DNA from: Octopus vulgaris
Taxonomy: Eukaryota
Reading direction: 5' to 3'
NCBI GenBank assembly: GCA_951406725.2
Contig: OX597814.1
Span: 193,626,001 to 193,690,000, forward strand
DNA: 64,000 bases
Below the pieces are notes generated by a model, which saw nothing but the letters and a program-made list of their open reading frames with translations, ran no database searches and was not told where the DNA came from. Shown in pieces: positions 52,178 through 64,000 of this stretch. The number at the start of each line of letters is the position of its first letter. Position 1 is the first letter of the stretch. A program made the position numbers and the translations under genes.

Positions 52178-52790
52178 CTCTTACTCTTTACTCTTTTACT
52201 TGTTTCAGTCATTTGACTGCGGCCATGCTGGGGCACCGCCTTTAGTCGAGCAAATCGACCCCGGGACTTATTCTTTGTAAGCCCAGTACTTATTCTATCG
52301 GTCTCTTTTGCCGAACCGCTAAGTGACGGGGACGTAAACACACCACCATATACAGACAAACACAGACACACACATATATATACATATATACGACAGGCTT
52401 CTTTCAGTTTCCGTCTACCAAATCCACTCACAAGGCATTGGTCGGCCCGGGGCTATAGCAGAAGACACTTGCCCAAGATGCCACGCAGTGGGACTGAACC
52501 CGGAACCATGTGGTTGGTTAGCAAGCTACTTACCACACAGCCACTCCTGCGCCTAAATATATAGACATTCTTTTACTCTTTTACTTGTTTCAGTCATTTG
52601 ACTGTAGCTATGCTGGAGCGCCGCCTTTAGTCGAGCAAGTCGACCCCAGGACTTATTCTTTGTAAGCCTAGTATTTATTCTATCGGTCTCTTTTGCCGAA
52701 CCGTTAAGTTACGTGAACGTAAACACACCAGCATCGGTTGTCAAGCGATGCTGGTGGGGACAAACACAGAGCCACAAACATATACACATG
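52177..52790 (-). mobile_element. Two S1 SINE copies (52177-52555 full, 52568-52790 3' part)
   Basis: Reverse-complement matches to S1. Confidence 0.9.
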
Positions 52791-52914
52791 AAAAGTAATA
52801 TATATATATATATATATACACTTATGAAGAGTAACGATAGATATATACAATTAGATGAACTGGGGTAGGTACACACATATATACATACATATTTATAGAT
52901 ATACAAACATACAA

Positions 52915-52966
<52 letters not shown>

Positions 52967-53259
52967 TTATTTATGCGCGTATATATATAGTGTGGGTGAA
53001 AGAGAGTGTACTTCTCTCTCTCTCTCTCTCTCTCTCTCACTTATTGCATATATACGTACATACGTACGTACGTACATAGATATATATACATAGAAGTTAA
53101 TATCTCACATTGGGTACAAAGTACACGGGTTCAGTGCGTTTTAACATATCCTGCTTTAACAGCTGTCCAATAGACATGTACAGATTATTCAGTGCTGAAC
53201 TTAGAAATATAAAAAAAAGCCTGCAGAATAACAGAAGATATACGGTAAAGCAGAAAAGG

Positions 53260-53336
<77 letters not shown>

Positions 53337-53605
53337 GTGAGTTGTAAGGAAGATGAAGGTGGGGGGAATAGGGCAGCAGATGAAAAGATGATGTCTGTTG
53401 GATCATTCGTGGTATTGGAGATGTGATGACAAACCAACTGCAGGCTTGCATACTTGACCACATTTCAAGAGAATGTGGTTCAGGTCGCTCGGTACAGTTC
53501 ATTCCGTGCAAGAAATGATTCTCTTTCTGATAAGACTTAAATCCGTCTTTTGATTTGTGTGTGTGTGTGCGTATGTTTATATATATATATACGTATGTAT
53601 GTATG

Positions 53606-53638
<33 letters not shown>

Positions 53639-53704
53639 TATACATACGTATATATACACACATATATATATACATATATATAATACACACACACACATAC
53701 GTAT

Positions 53705-53919
53705 TCTCTCTTTTACTCTTTTACTTGTTTCAGTCATTTGACTGCGGCCATGCTGCAGCACCGCCTTTTAGTCGAGCAAATTGACCCCAGGACTTATTCT
53801 TTGTAAGCCTAGTACTTATTCTATTGGTCCCTTTTGTCGAACCGCTATGTTACGGAGACGTAAACACACCAACATCGGTTGTTAAGCGATAGTGGAGGGA
53901 CAAACACATCCACACAAAC

Positions 53920-53981
<62 letters not shown>

Positions 53982-54133
53982 GACGGGCTTCTTTCAGTTT
54001 CCGTCTACCAAATCCACTCATAAGGCTTTGGTCGGCCCGAGGCTATAGTTGAAGACAGATGCCCAAGGTGCCACGCAGTGGGACTAAACTCGGAACCATG
54101 TGGTTTGTAAGCAAGCTACTTACCACACAGCCA

Positions 54134-54136
<3 letters not shown>
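53705..54136 (-). mobile_element. SINE S1, full length
   Basis: Reverse-complement match to S1 including the internal microsatellite. Confidence 0.9.
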
Positions 54137-54186
<50 letters not shown>

Positions 54187-54315
54187 TTATAAATAAGGAT
54201 AATATCGATTTTTAACTCTTATCAAGTGGCCAGCAGGGGAATAAATACCATACAAAGGTAATAATTATTTAAAACTATAAATTAGGGTATCTCTCAGATT
54301 TATAGTTTTATATAC

Positions 54316-54363
<48 letters not shown>

Positions 54364-54854
54364 CCATAGATATTTCAGTATGTTTATCGTGTCTACAACA
54401 GAATAAGCGGTTCTTGTTTTGTGGAGTTCTTTACTTTCTAAGATATAAGAGATACGGATACAGTCGTAATGTTCAAGCGATTTATGGTATCCTGTTCTCC
54501 AGTGAGTCTGCCTCTGTGCAAGACCTGCCTCGTTGTGGTGTAAAGGATGCGTTTTTGCCTGATGACGTTTCTGAGATCTCTGTTTAAAATGAAGATGGGG
54601 TTTCGAACACATTTCTCGATGACAGAATGGTGCATTGTATTCTCGAGACAAATAGTTTATCTCACGTTGCTCCAGTTCCCTCAGCTGTAAACGAGTGACC
54701 CCCTCCCCCTGCGACGAACTGGAGTCCTCGTTCAGGGGAAATATTGTGACCTCGGTCTTTCACACGCCGCCGAGGGAACAGGATGTCCACACCGTGAGTC
54801 CTATGAGACGAAACAGTAATGATGACCCGTGGTTGACGACGACGTGGGTGACGT

Positions 54855-55096
54855 TGGTGGTGATGATGATGATGATGATGATGACGACGACGACGATAAT
54901 GATGATGACGGTGACGATGATGATGATGAGGAGGAGGAGGAGGAGGAAGAAGAAGAAGAAGAAGAAGAAGAAGAAGAAGAAGAAGAAGAAGAAGAAGAAG
55001 AAGAAGAAGAAGAAGAAGAAGAAGAAGAAGAAGAAGAAGAAGAAGAAGAAGAAGAAGAAGAAGAAGAAGAAGAAGAAGAAGAAGAAGAAGAAGAAG

Positions 55097-55126
<30 letters not shown>
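54855..55126. repeat. (GAT)n(GAG)n(GAA)n microsatellite
   Basis: Directly visible. Confidence 0.95.
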
Positions 55127-55129
<3 letters not shown>

Positions 55130-55676
55130 AGTATACATCTTACGAAGGTCTTCAAAGCTAGAATATTTGCCTCTGCCTCGAAGAAGTATTTGTTTTTCCA
55201 TCTATTGATACACAAAGATCTAAGTCTAGACAACTTAGAAAAAAATTTAGCAATATGATGTGGTCCTTATTTTCGGCCTGTGACTCACTGGCCATAAAGG
55301 CGGTGGGGAACCAACTTCATACTGCTTTTACATGCAGTAAGATACAATGGATGCTCCAGATTTAGTGGAGTAACTATCAAAATGCTTTAGATATATTTGT
55401 CAAAGTAATTGAAGTGAAATCATCCAGAGTACCACCTGACGATAACAACATTTATACGCAATGTCGGCAACATAAAAGGAGGAGATAAATGGATTCCAAT
55501 GAGCCTGAAGAAAATCGAACCTAAATACATATGGATATTACTCTTTATAGATAATTATACGCGGCTTTTAGTTTGAAGATATTTGGAGAAACAGTAGTGT
55601 AACTAGAGGGTGCGATGAGGGCTGTTCAACCCGGGTGGCGCTTTTAAGACGGCCGCACTTTTGGGTCTGCTATATA

Positions 55677-55892
55677 CGAGAGGTGCTGAAAAGTTCCTGG
55701 CCTTAAAGGTATCGCGAAAGGGCTGACTGAAGGCCCAAACTTTTGAGCTCTTCTACGGGATTTAGGAGGCTGAAGGACCAATGCAAATAGGACTTGAATC
55801 TGAGAGAAAAAAGATGTTGAATAAAATCATAATTAACTGATCCTCTTGTATTTACTTTTACCCAAAGCCAGGAACTTTTCAGCATCCCCTCG
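55677..55892 (+). mobile_element. mariner-derived MITE
   Basis: TA flanks; TIRs cgagaggtgctgaaaagttcctggc / gccaggaacttttcagcatcccctcg. Confidence 0.85.
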
Positions 55893-56325
55893 TAAGTCTA
55901 CATATGGGATCGACAAACTCAACTGCTTTGCTAAAGTGTGCACCACCCATAGCAGAAATTACAGGGGCGGGGTTACAGAAAATCCATCAAATGTTCTTAA
56001 ATCCTAAGGATTTAGCTACTTCTGAGTATCTGTACTTCTGTAACAGAGTAGTTAGCAATGAGAATTCCACGAAGAACTCTATTCTTCAGTTTTCTGCGAA
56101 CATTATATCACTTGCGATTGTATAGACCACCATGAAAGTAGCATTATATAGGTGCCCCTATGTTGAAGACCTGAAATGCAACCCGAAGAACAATAATAAA
56201 AGTAGGGTAAATAAACTGGAGCACCATCGCACAGTTCTGTTCCGTACCATTGTTCACAAGAAAGTCTGTATGTCTTTCTCATACAGACAAACCAATGTCC
56301 CCTTTTAGAATATGATGTTCAATAA

Positions 56326-56915
56326 GGATGGTGAGCTGGCAGAATTGTTAGTACACCGGGCGAAATGCTTAGCGGTATTTCGTCTGCCGCTACGTTCTGA
56401 GTTCAAATTCCGTCGAGGTCGACTTTGCCTTTCATCTTTTCGGGGTCGATTAAATAAGTTCCAGTTACGCACTGGGGTCGATATAATCGACTCAATCCGT
56501 TTATCTGTCCTTGTTTGTCCTCTCTGTGTTTAGCCCCTTGTGGGTAGTAAAGAAATAGGTATTTCGTCTGCCGCTACGTTCTGAGTTCAAATTCCGCCGA
56601 GGTCCACTTTGCCTTTCATCCTTTCGGGGTAGATTAAATAAGTACCAGTTACGCACTGGGGTCGATATATTCGGCTTAATCCGTTTGTCTGTCCTTGTTT
56701 GTCCTCTCTATGTTTAGCCCCTTGTGAGTAGTAAAGAAATAGAAATAGGTATTTCGTTCGTCTTTATGTTCTGAGTTCAAATTCCGCCGAGGTCGACTTT
56801 GCCTTTCATCCTTTCGGGGTCAATAAATTAAGTACTAATTGTGTACTGGGGTCGATCTAATCGACTGGCCCCCTCCTCCAAAATTTCGGGCCTTGTGCCT
56901 AGAGTAGAAAAGAAT
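56326..56915 (+). mobile_element. SINE S2 array: head + B + B + A-tail unit
   Basis: GGTATTTCG junctions; the last unit ends ccaaaatttcgggccttgtgcctagagtagaaaag. Confidence 0.9.
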
Positions 56916-57172
56916 ATGATACTCAATATTAGGTCAGTGATACGTGGTTTCAAACTGGGTTTTCGGCAACTAATGCATATCAATAATTTCCCACTCATTT
57001 ACACAATCCGGATAAAAGAGTTACTCGGGATAAAAGAAAATTAAGGCAGGGAATTAGCAGAACCGTTGGAGCACCATCGGATGAAATACCTTGCGATAAT
57101 TATTCCCTGCGTTCTGAGTTCGAATTCTGCAACCGTCAACTTGGCTTTCATATTTGCTGGTTGATGAATACC

Positions 57173-57578
57173 TATTTCTTTACTACCCACAACAGATGGG
57201 ACAAACAAGGACAGACAAAGGGATTAAGTCAATTACATCGACCCAGTGCGTAACTGGTACTTAATTTATCGACCCCGAAAGGATGAAAGGCAAAGTCGGC
57301 CTCGGCGGAATTTAAACTCAGAATGTAACGGCAGACGAAATACCTATTTCTTTATTACCCACAAGGGGCTAAACACAGAGAGGACAGACAAGGACAGACA
57401 AACGGATTGAGTCGATTATATCGACCCCAGTGCGTAACTGGTACTTATTTAATCGATCCCGAAAGGATGAAAGGCAAAGTGAACCTCGGCGGAATTTGAA
57501 CTCAGAACGTAGCGGCAGACGAAATACCGCTTAGCATTTCGCCTGGCGTGTTAACGCGTCTGCTAGCTCGCGGCCTTA
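57173..57578 (-). mobile_element. SINE S2 dimer (B+B) inserted antisense into a decayed S2-like copy
   Basis: 14-bp TSD ggttgat(g/a)aatacc at 57159-57172 and 57579-57592. Confidence 0.9.
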
Positions 57579-59321
57579 GGTTGATAAATACCAGTGTAAT
57601 GCAGGTGAGTGACATAATCGTTAGAATATCAAATATTTATTCTGTGCAATATTTATTCTGACTTTGCGTTCTGAGTTCAAATCGTACCGTGGCTTAGAGT
57701 GTTAGATTTAATACATTGTCGAGTTTAACACCAACAAGAGTTTCTTGAGTGTCTTTCAGTAGAGTTTAGGGCCAGGAACCCAGTTTGAGGATACCCCTCT
57801 CATTCCCACCAATTTCGGAGGCTCTTTAAAAGAATCATCGTTACTACCCTTCCCTCCTCGCTAAACGGTAAAAAAGAGAGTCTCTGTTGTAGATAAAGAT
57901 GTCGAGGATGATTCTCTCAAATAAATTTGATTACAATTGGTAAATGAAAATGTTATAGGAGCTACCAGAATGTTTTATTTGAGCCTTTAGTTTTGCATCA
58001 GAGAATTATGGTAGCATTCTTGCTTGTGTTTCTCATGCGTGAGGCACACAAAATGTTTGAACTGCTGGGTTTGTTTGTTGGGAACAGGTTTCTGCATATG
58101 TATATTTCGGTGGTTATATCATCCTTACCTTGAGAATTTACTAAAGTTATCTAGTGAAATTGGTAAGGAATTCTTAAAGGAGCTGAACAGCGGGTCATCA
58201 TAGAAGAACCCCACCCGCTCAGGTAAGTATTTCGGCCCTTAACTTCTTATACTTTAAGGGTCCCAGGTCGCACCTAAGCCATGATTCTTGGTGCCCTTCT
58301 GCTGACAATTTTTAGACATTTAGATACCGGCGACTTGTGCATTCAAACCGCTTCGAGATTTCATCTAGTAGTGACTCCTCTCCGCTAATTCAGCTTTCAA
58401 ACTTATACTTCTGTATCGGCTCCGGGAACATTGGATATAAGGCGATGAGCTGGCAGAAACAGCGCGCAGTCCGAGATGCTTATCTGTATTTCGTCAGTCC
58501 GGGAACATTGGTTATTGAAGAGAGAATTTACCACTTCGTAATCCACAGCGAAAAGAAAGTTCAACTTTTACAATGTTCAACCAGTCGGTCTAGAATAATG
58601 CCTTTCTCTGAGAGAGGGCCATTCCTCCAGAGGAAAATAAATACTGAACTAACGTATCTTACCTCCGTGGATGGCTTCAGACTATTACGCAGGGTATCTA
58701 GTTCGTGTTGATGTAAATTACAACCAGGAAATTTTCATGAATTTCAATGTCTGCTTAACAAGTTGTAAAATAGGTTACTTCCTTAAGACTAGATGTTTTG
58801 TTTAATGATGTATCACTTGTGCATTCGCAAAAGGCTTCCTGGTTGAACTTCGGTTACAGGATGGCTGTCATTAAATACATGATGGTGTTTACATTCGGCA
58901 AAATCAAGGACATCCTTTGGAGATTTATAGATTTCTTCAAGAGGTTGAGATCGTGTATCATTGATTTCCACAGTTTCAAATATCAGTTGTCTCATTTCCT
59001 TGACTGCCTGCTAAGTGATGCGTGAGGTTCGCTCAACAGGATATGTTGTCTTAACTTGTTCAGTCTCGTCACATGAACAGGTTATAGCTCTTCCTTAAGA
59101 GAGAAGGGGAGGTCAGAAATGCACAAGTTGTACACATCGATCTGATGTGTAAGTATATATATATATATAGTGTGTGCGTGTACGTATGTATATATACATA
59201 TATATATATAATGTGTGTGTGTACATATATATGTACATATATATCTTTTAGGCTTATGTGAAACGTTTTTACATGCGCCCATAAACACACACACACATAC
59301 ACACACGCATATATATATATA

Positions 59322-59530
59322 TCTTACTCTCTTTTATTTGTTTCATTCATTTGACTGCGGCCATGCTGGAGCACCGCTTTTATTCGAGCAAATCGACCCC
59401 AGGGCTTATTCTTTGTAAGCCTAGTACTTACTCTATCGGTTTCTTTTGCCGAACCGCTATGTTATGGGGACGTAAACACACCAGCATCGGTTGCTAAGCG
59501 ATGTTTGGGGAACAAACACAGACACACAAA
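59322..59530 (-). mobile_element. SINE S1, 3' part
   Basis: Reverse-complement match to S1. Confidence 0.85.
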
Positions 59531-59614
59531 CATATACACACACACACACGCACACACATATACACATACACATACACACACATATATATATGTGTGTGTA
59601 TATATGTGTGTGTG

Positions 59615-59667
<53 letters not shown>

Positions 59668-59924
59668 TAATATAGGGATGGTATTATTAAAATACCATCA
59701 CAAGTGGTAAGCGAATTATCAGCCGTACAGGCAAATTAATAAAATATATATATACAATATTAGATATGTACATATATACACAAGGGTACTACATGAGTAC
59801 CTATATCGCTAATGATAGAAGTCCAAAAATACTTGTCTACCACCGAATAGTCACAAATCTATTACATACATCATAGGAAAAAATATTAGCGATACAAGTT
59901 TTCATGTAGTACCCTTGTGTACTA

Positions 59925-60330
59925 CATGCTTAGCAGTATTTTGTCTGCCGCTACATTCTGAGTTCAAATTCCGCTGAGGTCGACTTTGCCTTTCATCCTT
60001 ACGGGGTCGATAAATTAAGTACCAATTACGCACTGGGATCGATATAATCGACTTAGTCCGTTTGTCTGTCCTTGTTTGTCCTCTCTGTGTTTAGCCCCTT
60101 GTGGGTAGTAAAGAAATAGGTATTTCGTCTGTCTTTGAGTTCTGAATTCAAATACTGCGTTAGCACGCTGGGCGAAATGCTTAGCGGTATTTCGTCTGCC
60201 GCTACGTTCTGAGTTCAAATTCCGCCGAGGTCAACTTTGCCTTTCGTCCTTTCGAGGTCGATAAATAAAGTACCAGTTGCGTACTGGGGTCGATCTATTC
60301 GACTGGCACCCTCCCCAAAAATTTCGGGCC
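59925..60330 (+). mobile_element. SINE S2 composite (B unit, short partial unit, A-tail unit)
   Basis: B tail then GGTATTTCG junction at 60119; ends ctccccaaaaatttcgggcc. Confidence 0.85.
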
Positions 60331-61040
60331 AAACAGATTGGTTCCCTCAGAAGTATTTATGTTTAATGATCATTATATATTATCATCCGCTACAAGAGCC
60401 TTTTATATTGTTTCCTCTTTTCTACGCGTTTCACTCAAGACCAGAAAAACATCTGGTTTATATCTTACAAACACAGACACAAATAATCGCGTTCGTGACA
60501 TTTTCCATTTGATGTAAGGAGTGGGTGAAGGTTACATCCACTTGCCACGAGCAGTTTATCCTGAAGTCTTATTATACATACATACATACATACATACATA
60601 CATACATACATACATACATACATACATACATGTATGTATGTAGGCATGTATGTAGGCATGCATGCATGCATGCATGTATGTATGTATGTATGTATGTATG
60701 TATGTATGTGTGTGTGCATGTATGTGTGTGTGTATGTATGTATGTATGTATGTATGTCTCTTCTATTTTTTAATTATTATAAATTTTCCTCTGAGGAAAC
60801 CGGTTTCCAACAAAGATACAACAAAATACATCTTTGGGATGTAGTTAACACAGACAAATTCACATTTGGAACTTGAGAAAAGTCTTGTATATTTTTACTG
60901 TTCCACTCATAGATTGCCCTTGTACGAATTAGCCGGTCGATTTCTCTTTCGGAATATCGCAGCTTATCCAGTTTCTCCTCTAAGCACGTATGTATGTATG
61001 TATGCAACCATCCCTTTATGAGGTTAAGGCATCCTCTAAT

Positions 61041-61108
<68 letters not shown>

Positions 61109-62539
61109 TATTATATTATATTATATTATATTATATTATATTATATTATATTATATCATATTATATATATTCTTTTATTGTTATTCTTTTATTTTTTGTG
61201 TTTAGTTCAGTCATTATACCGCGGCCATGCTTGTGCACCGCCTTACAGAAGTTTTTGTTGTAGTCGGCTGTTCGACCCCAATGTATGTATGCATGTATGT
61301 ATGTATGTATGTATGTATGTATGTATGTATGTATGTATGTATGTATGTATGTATGTATGTATGCATACATGCATGCATGTATGTATGTATGTATATATGT
61401 ATACGATGGGCTTCTTTCAGCTTCCGTCTACTAATTCCACTCACAAGACTTTGTCCACGGCTACAATAGAAGACAGACGGAGGGAGAATACAGTAATTGA
61501 AGTGTATTTGTAAGTAAAGGCCTACCAATTGGCTGCCTTGTCATTGCAAATGTTTAGCACTGTTAAAACGCTATAGGTACAGTCGTATCGTAGGTGTTTG
61601 GTTGGGAATTTTGCTTCCCAACCCCATGGTTTCAGGTTCAGTCCTAAGCGTGGTACCTTGAGCAAGTGAGTTTTATTGTTGCTCCTAGCTGACCAAAGCT
61701 GCTAGTCTAATAACTGAAAAAAGATAATGCCTGACTTCTTAAAAACGAAGGATGAATCGGATGACACAAGCAAACAAAACAAGAAAACACGATATATTTG
61801 TGGCTACAAACGCCTTTCATCTTTATTGTCGGTTTGTTTGAGGATGAGAACTGACCTGGGGTTAAACAACAGCAACAGTGGAGGCGCAATGGCCCAGTGG
61901 TTAGGGCAGCGGACTTGCGGTCGTAAGAACGCGGTTTCGATTCCCAGACCAAGTATTATGTTTATTGAGCAAAAACACCTAAGCTCCACGACGCTCCGGC
62001 GGAGGACGGTAGTGAACCCCGCTGTACTCATTCATCACAACTTTCTCTCACTCTTTCTTCCTACTTCTGCTACAAAGCAGAGGAACCATGGTGTAACCAC
62101 ACTATGGTGTGGTAAACTTTCAGACCCTAGTCTAGATTGCGAATCCTCTGTACCCCAGGATGGTTCAGCTCTCCACCCTTTAAAAGCCACCGCTTACGGA
62201 ATGAGGATAACAACGTAGCTTTCGCGCCCGTGCAACTGCCAGTCTATCGCGTGTAGTGGGTGGATCTTCAAGTTGCCACACGCATTCTTAATAGCTTAGA
62301 GTAGGCTCGAATTAAGGATTATTCTTTGTGGCTAATGGCGTGAGTCCTGATTGGAAGAAGAAGAAGAAGAAGAAGAAGAAGAAGAAGAAGAAGAAGAAGA
62401 AGAAGAAGAAGAAGAAGAAGAAGAAGAAGAAGAAGAAGAAGAAGAAGAAGAAGAAGCAGAGCAACAACAAATACAACAACGTTGCTATATTCAGATACAG
62501 CGCAATGAAATTTGGTGGTGGCGTGAACTATGTAAAGTA

Positions 62540-62865
62540 ATAATAACTGGCCCTCCGTCGGTTACGACGACGCAGATTCCAGTTGATTCGATCGACGGAA
62601 TAGTCTGTTCGCGAAATTAACGTGCAAGTGGCTGAGTGCTCCACAGACACGCCTGCCCTTAACGTAGTTCTCGGTTGAGATTTAGCGTGACACGGAATGT
62701 AACAAGGCTGACCCTTTAAATTACTGCAACAACTCACTTTTGCCAGCTGAGTAAACCGGAGCAACGTGAAATAAAGTGTCTTGCTCAAGGACCAATAGCA
62801 CCTCCAGGAATCGAGCTCACGAGCTTCCGATTTAATCCGGTTATCGTAATCACCAAGCCACGAGC
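62540..62865 (-). mobile_element. tRNA-derived CORE-like SINE with RTE-like tail (family S4)
   Basis: Minus strand: box A/B-like head, gtccttgagcaagacactttatttcacgttgctcc, tail cgtcgtcgtaaccgacggagggccag-(tta)n. Confidence 0.6.
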
Positions 62866-62942
62866 TTTCACGTGATGAAGTTTATCTAAAGTGATGTGTG
62901 TTTTCTTAGCCAGCATTACTGAACCGAGATGTTCCAATGAGC

Positions 62943-62973
<31 letters not shown>

Positions 62974-63455
62974 GGTGGTGGTGGTGGTGGTGGTGGTGGT
63001 GGTGGTGGTGGTGGTGGTGGTGGTTGTGGTGGTGGTTGTGGTGGTGGTGGTGGTGGTGGTTGTGGTGGTGGTGGTGGTGGTGGTGGTGATGGTGGTGGTG
63101 GTATTGGTGGTGGTGGTATTGGTGGTGGTTGGTGGTGGTGGTGGTGGTGGTGGTGGTGGTATTGGTGGTGGTGGTATTGGTGGTGGTGATGGTGGTGGTG
63201 GTATTGGTGGTGGTGGTATTGGTGGTGGTTGTGGTGGTGGTGGTGATGGTGGTGGTGGTATTGGTGGTGGTGGTATTGGTGGTGGTTGTGGTGGTGGTGG
63301 TGATGGTGGTGATGGTTGTGGTGGTGGTTGTATTGGTGGTGGTGGTATTGGTGGTTGTGGTGGTGGTGGTGGTGGTGGTGGTGGTATTGGTGGTATTGGC
63401 GGTAGTGGTTGTGGTGGTGGTGGTGGTGGTGGTGGTAATTGTTGTTGTAGTAGTA
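62943..63455. repeat. (GTA)n(GGT)n tract with variant triplets
   Basis: Directly visible. Source of the poly-V/G/T/H ORFs. Confidence 0.95.
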
Positions 63456-63836
63456 GACGGCTCCACTAAGGGCTTTATGAATAAAAGTAAAGTAAATACA
63501 TAAATATTTAGTCTACAAACATCAGCAGCGATATGAATAAGAGGAGATAAAGCTATTCTAAAGTTTAACAGCGGACTAAAGGGTTTCCTTAATTTCTTTT
63601 GGAGAATATTTACCAAGTAGTATGCAGCCGAATTGTTATTTTTATGTATATAAACGCAACAACTACTTGCCAAAAATTCAATACAGTCATTGTATACACA
63701 TTGTATATAAAAAGAAACAGTTATTGTATATAAACATCTTTATTTGTGTATATGGTTTTACGTTAAAAAAATATAGAAAAGAGTGCGAAAGTATGAGGAA
63801 ACCAGCGGTGGTCTTCTGTTGGCAAAGATTATACAA

Positions 63837-63919
63837 AGTAGTTCAAGAATTTCATTAAGAATAGTTCAGAGTAGTTTATGAGTTTCATTGAAAATAGTTC
63901 AGAGTAGTTCACGAGTTTC
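63837..63919. repeat. 33-bp tandem repeat x2.5
   Basis: agtagtt...tttcatt...aatagttcag starts at 63837, 63870 and 63903. Confidence 0.8.
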
Positions 63920-64000
63920 CTAAACCATATTTTGTATGGTGTAGGAAGAATAGAACATTGATGCTTTGGAGTTGACCTCTTGTTCAAGAGAAAAGATCAT

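Noticed and set aside
54265-54651. 128-aa ORF, and CTGATGA near 54559 as a hammerhead
   Set aside because: The ORF runs through (TA)n and has no known motif; no properly placed GAAA or stems follow the CTGATGA.
57700-59040. Possible decayed Gypsy integrase region on the minus strand
   Set aside because: Only a vague GPY/F-like resemblance (QPLEEIYKSPKDVL), insufficient support.

Overview
AT-rich, microsatellite-saturated eukaryotic non-coding DNA (intergenic or a large intron). The repeat landscape resembles an octopus/coleoid cephalopod genome; this is an inference, not a database result. I can support no host protein-coding exon, and almost all listed ORFs are translations of simple repeats or SINEs. 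Transposon coding remnants are: a young 5'-truncated Penelope-like element (RT C-terminus plus GIY-YIG, 427-bp inverted pseudo-LTRs), Helitron Pif1-helicase fragments, a Tigger/pogo transposase relic, and Tx1/L1 and RTE LINE relics. The window also holds non-autonomous Helitrons, MITEs and several tRNA-derived SINE families. Two signals stand out. (1) There are about ten minimal type I hammerhead-ribozyme motifs in short Penelope-style elements, many with an inverted copy of their own tail, including a tRNA-headed SINE that carries a hammerhead. (2) One SINE family has target-site duplications starting with GGT(AT), a motif also present in its own body, which appears to build self-inserted tandem arrays.
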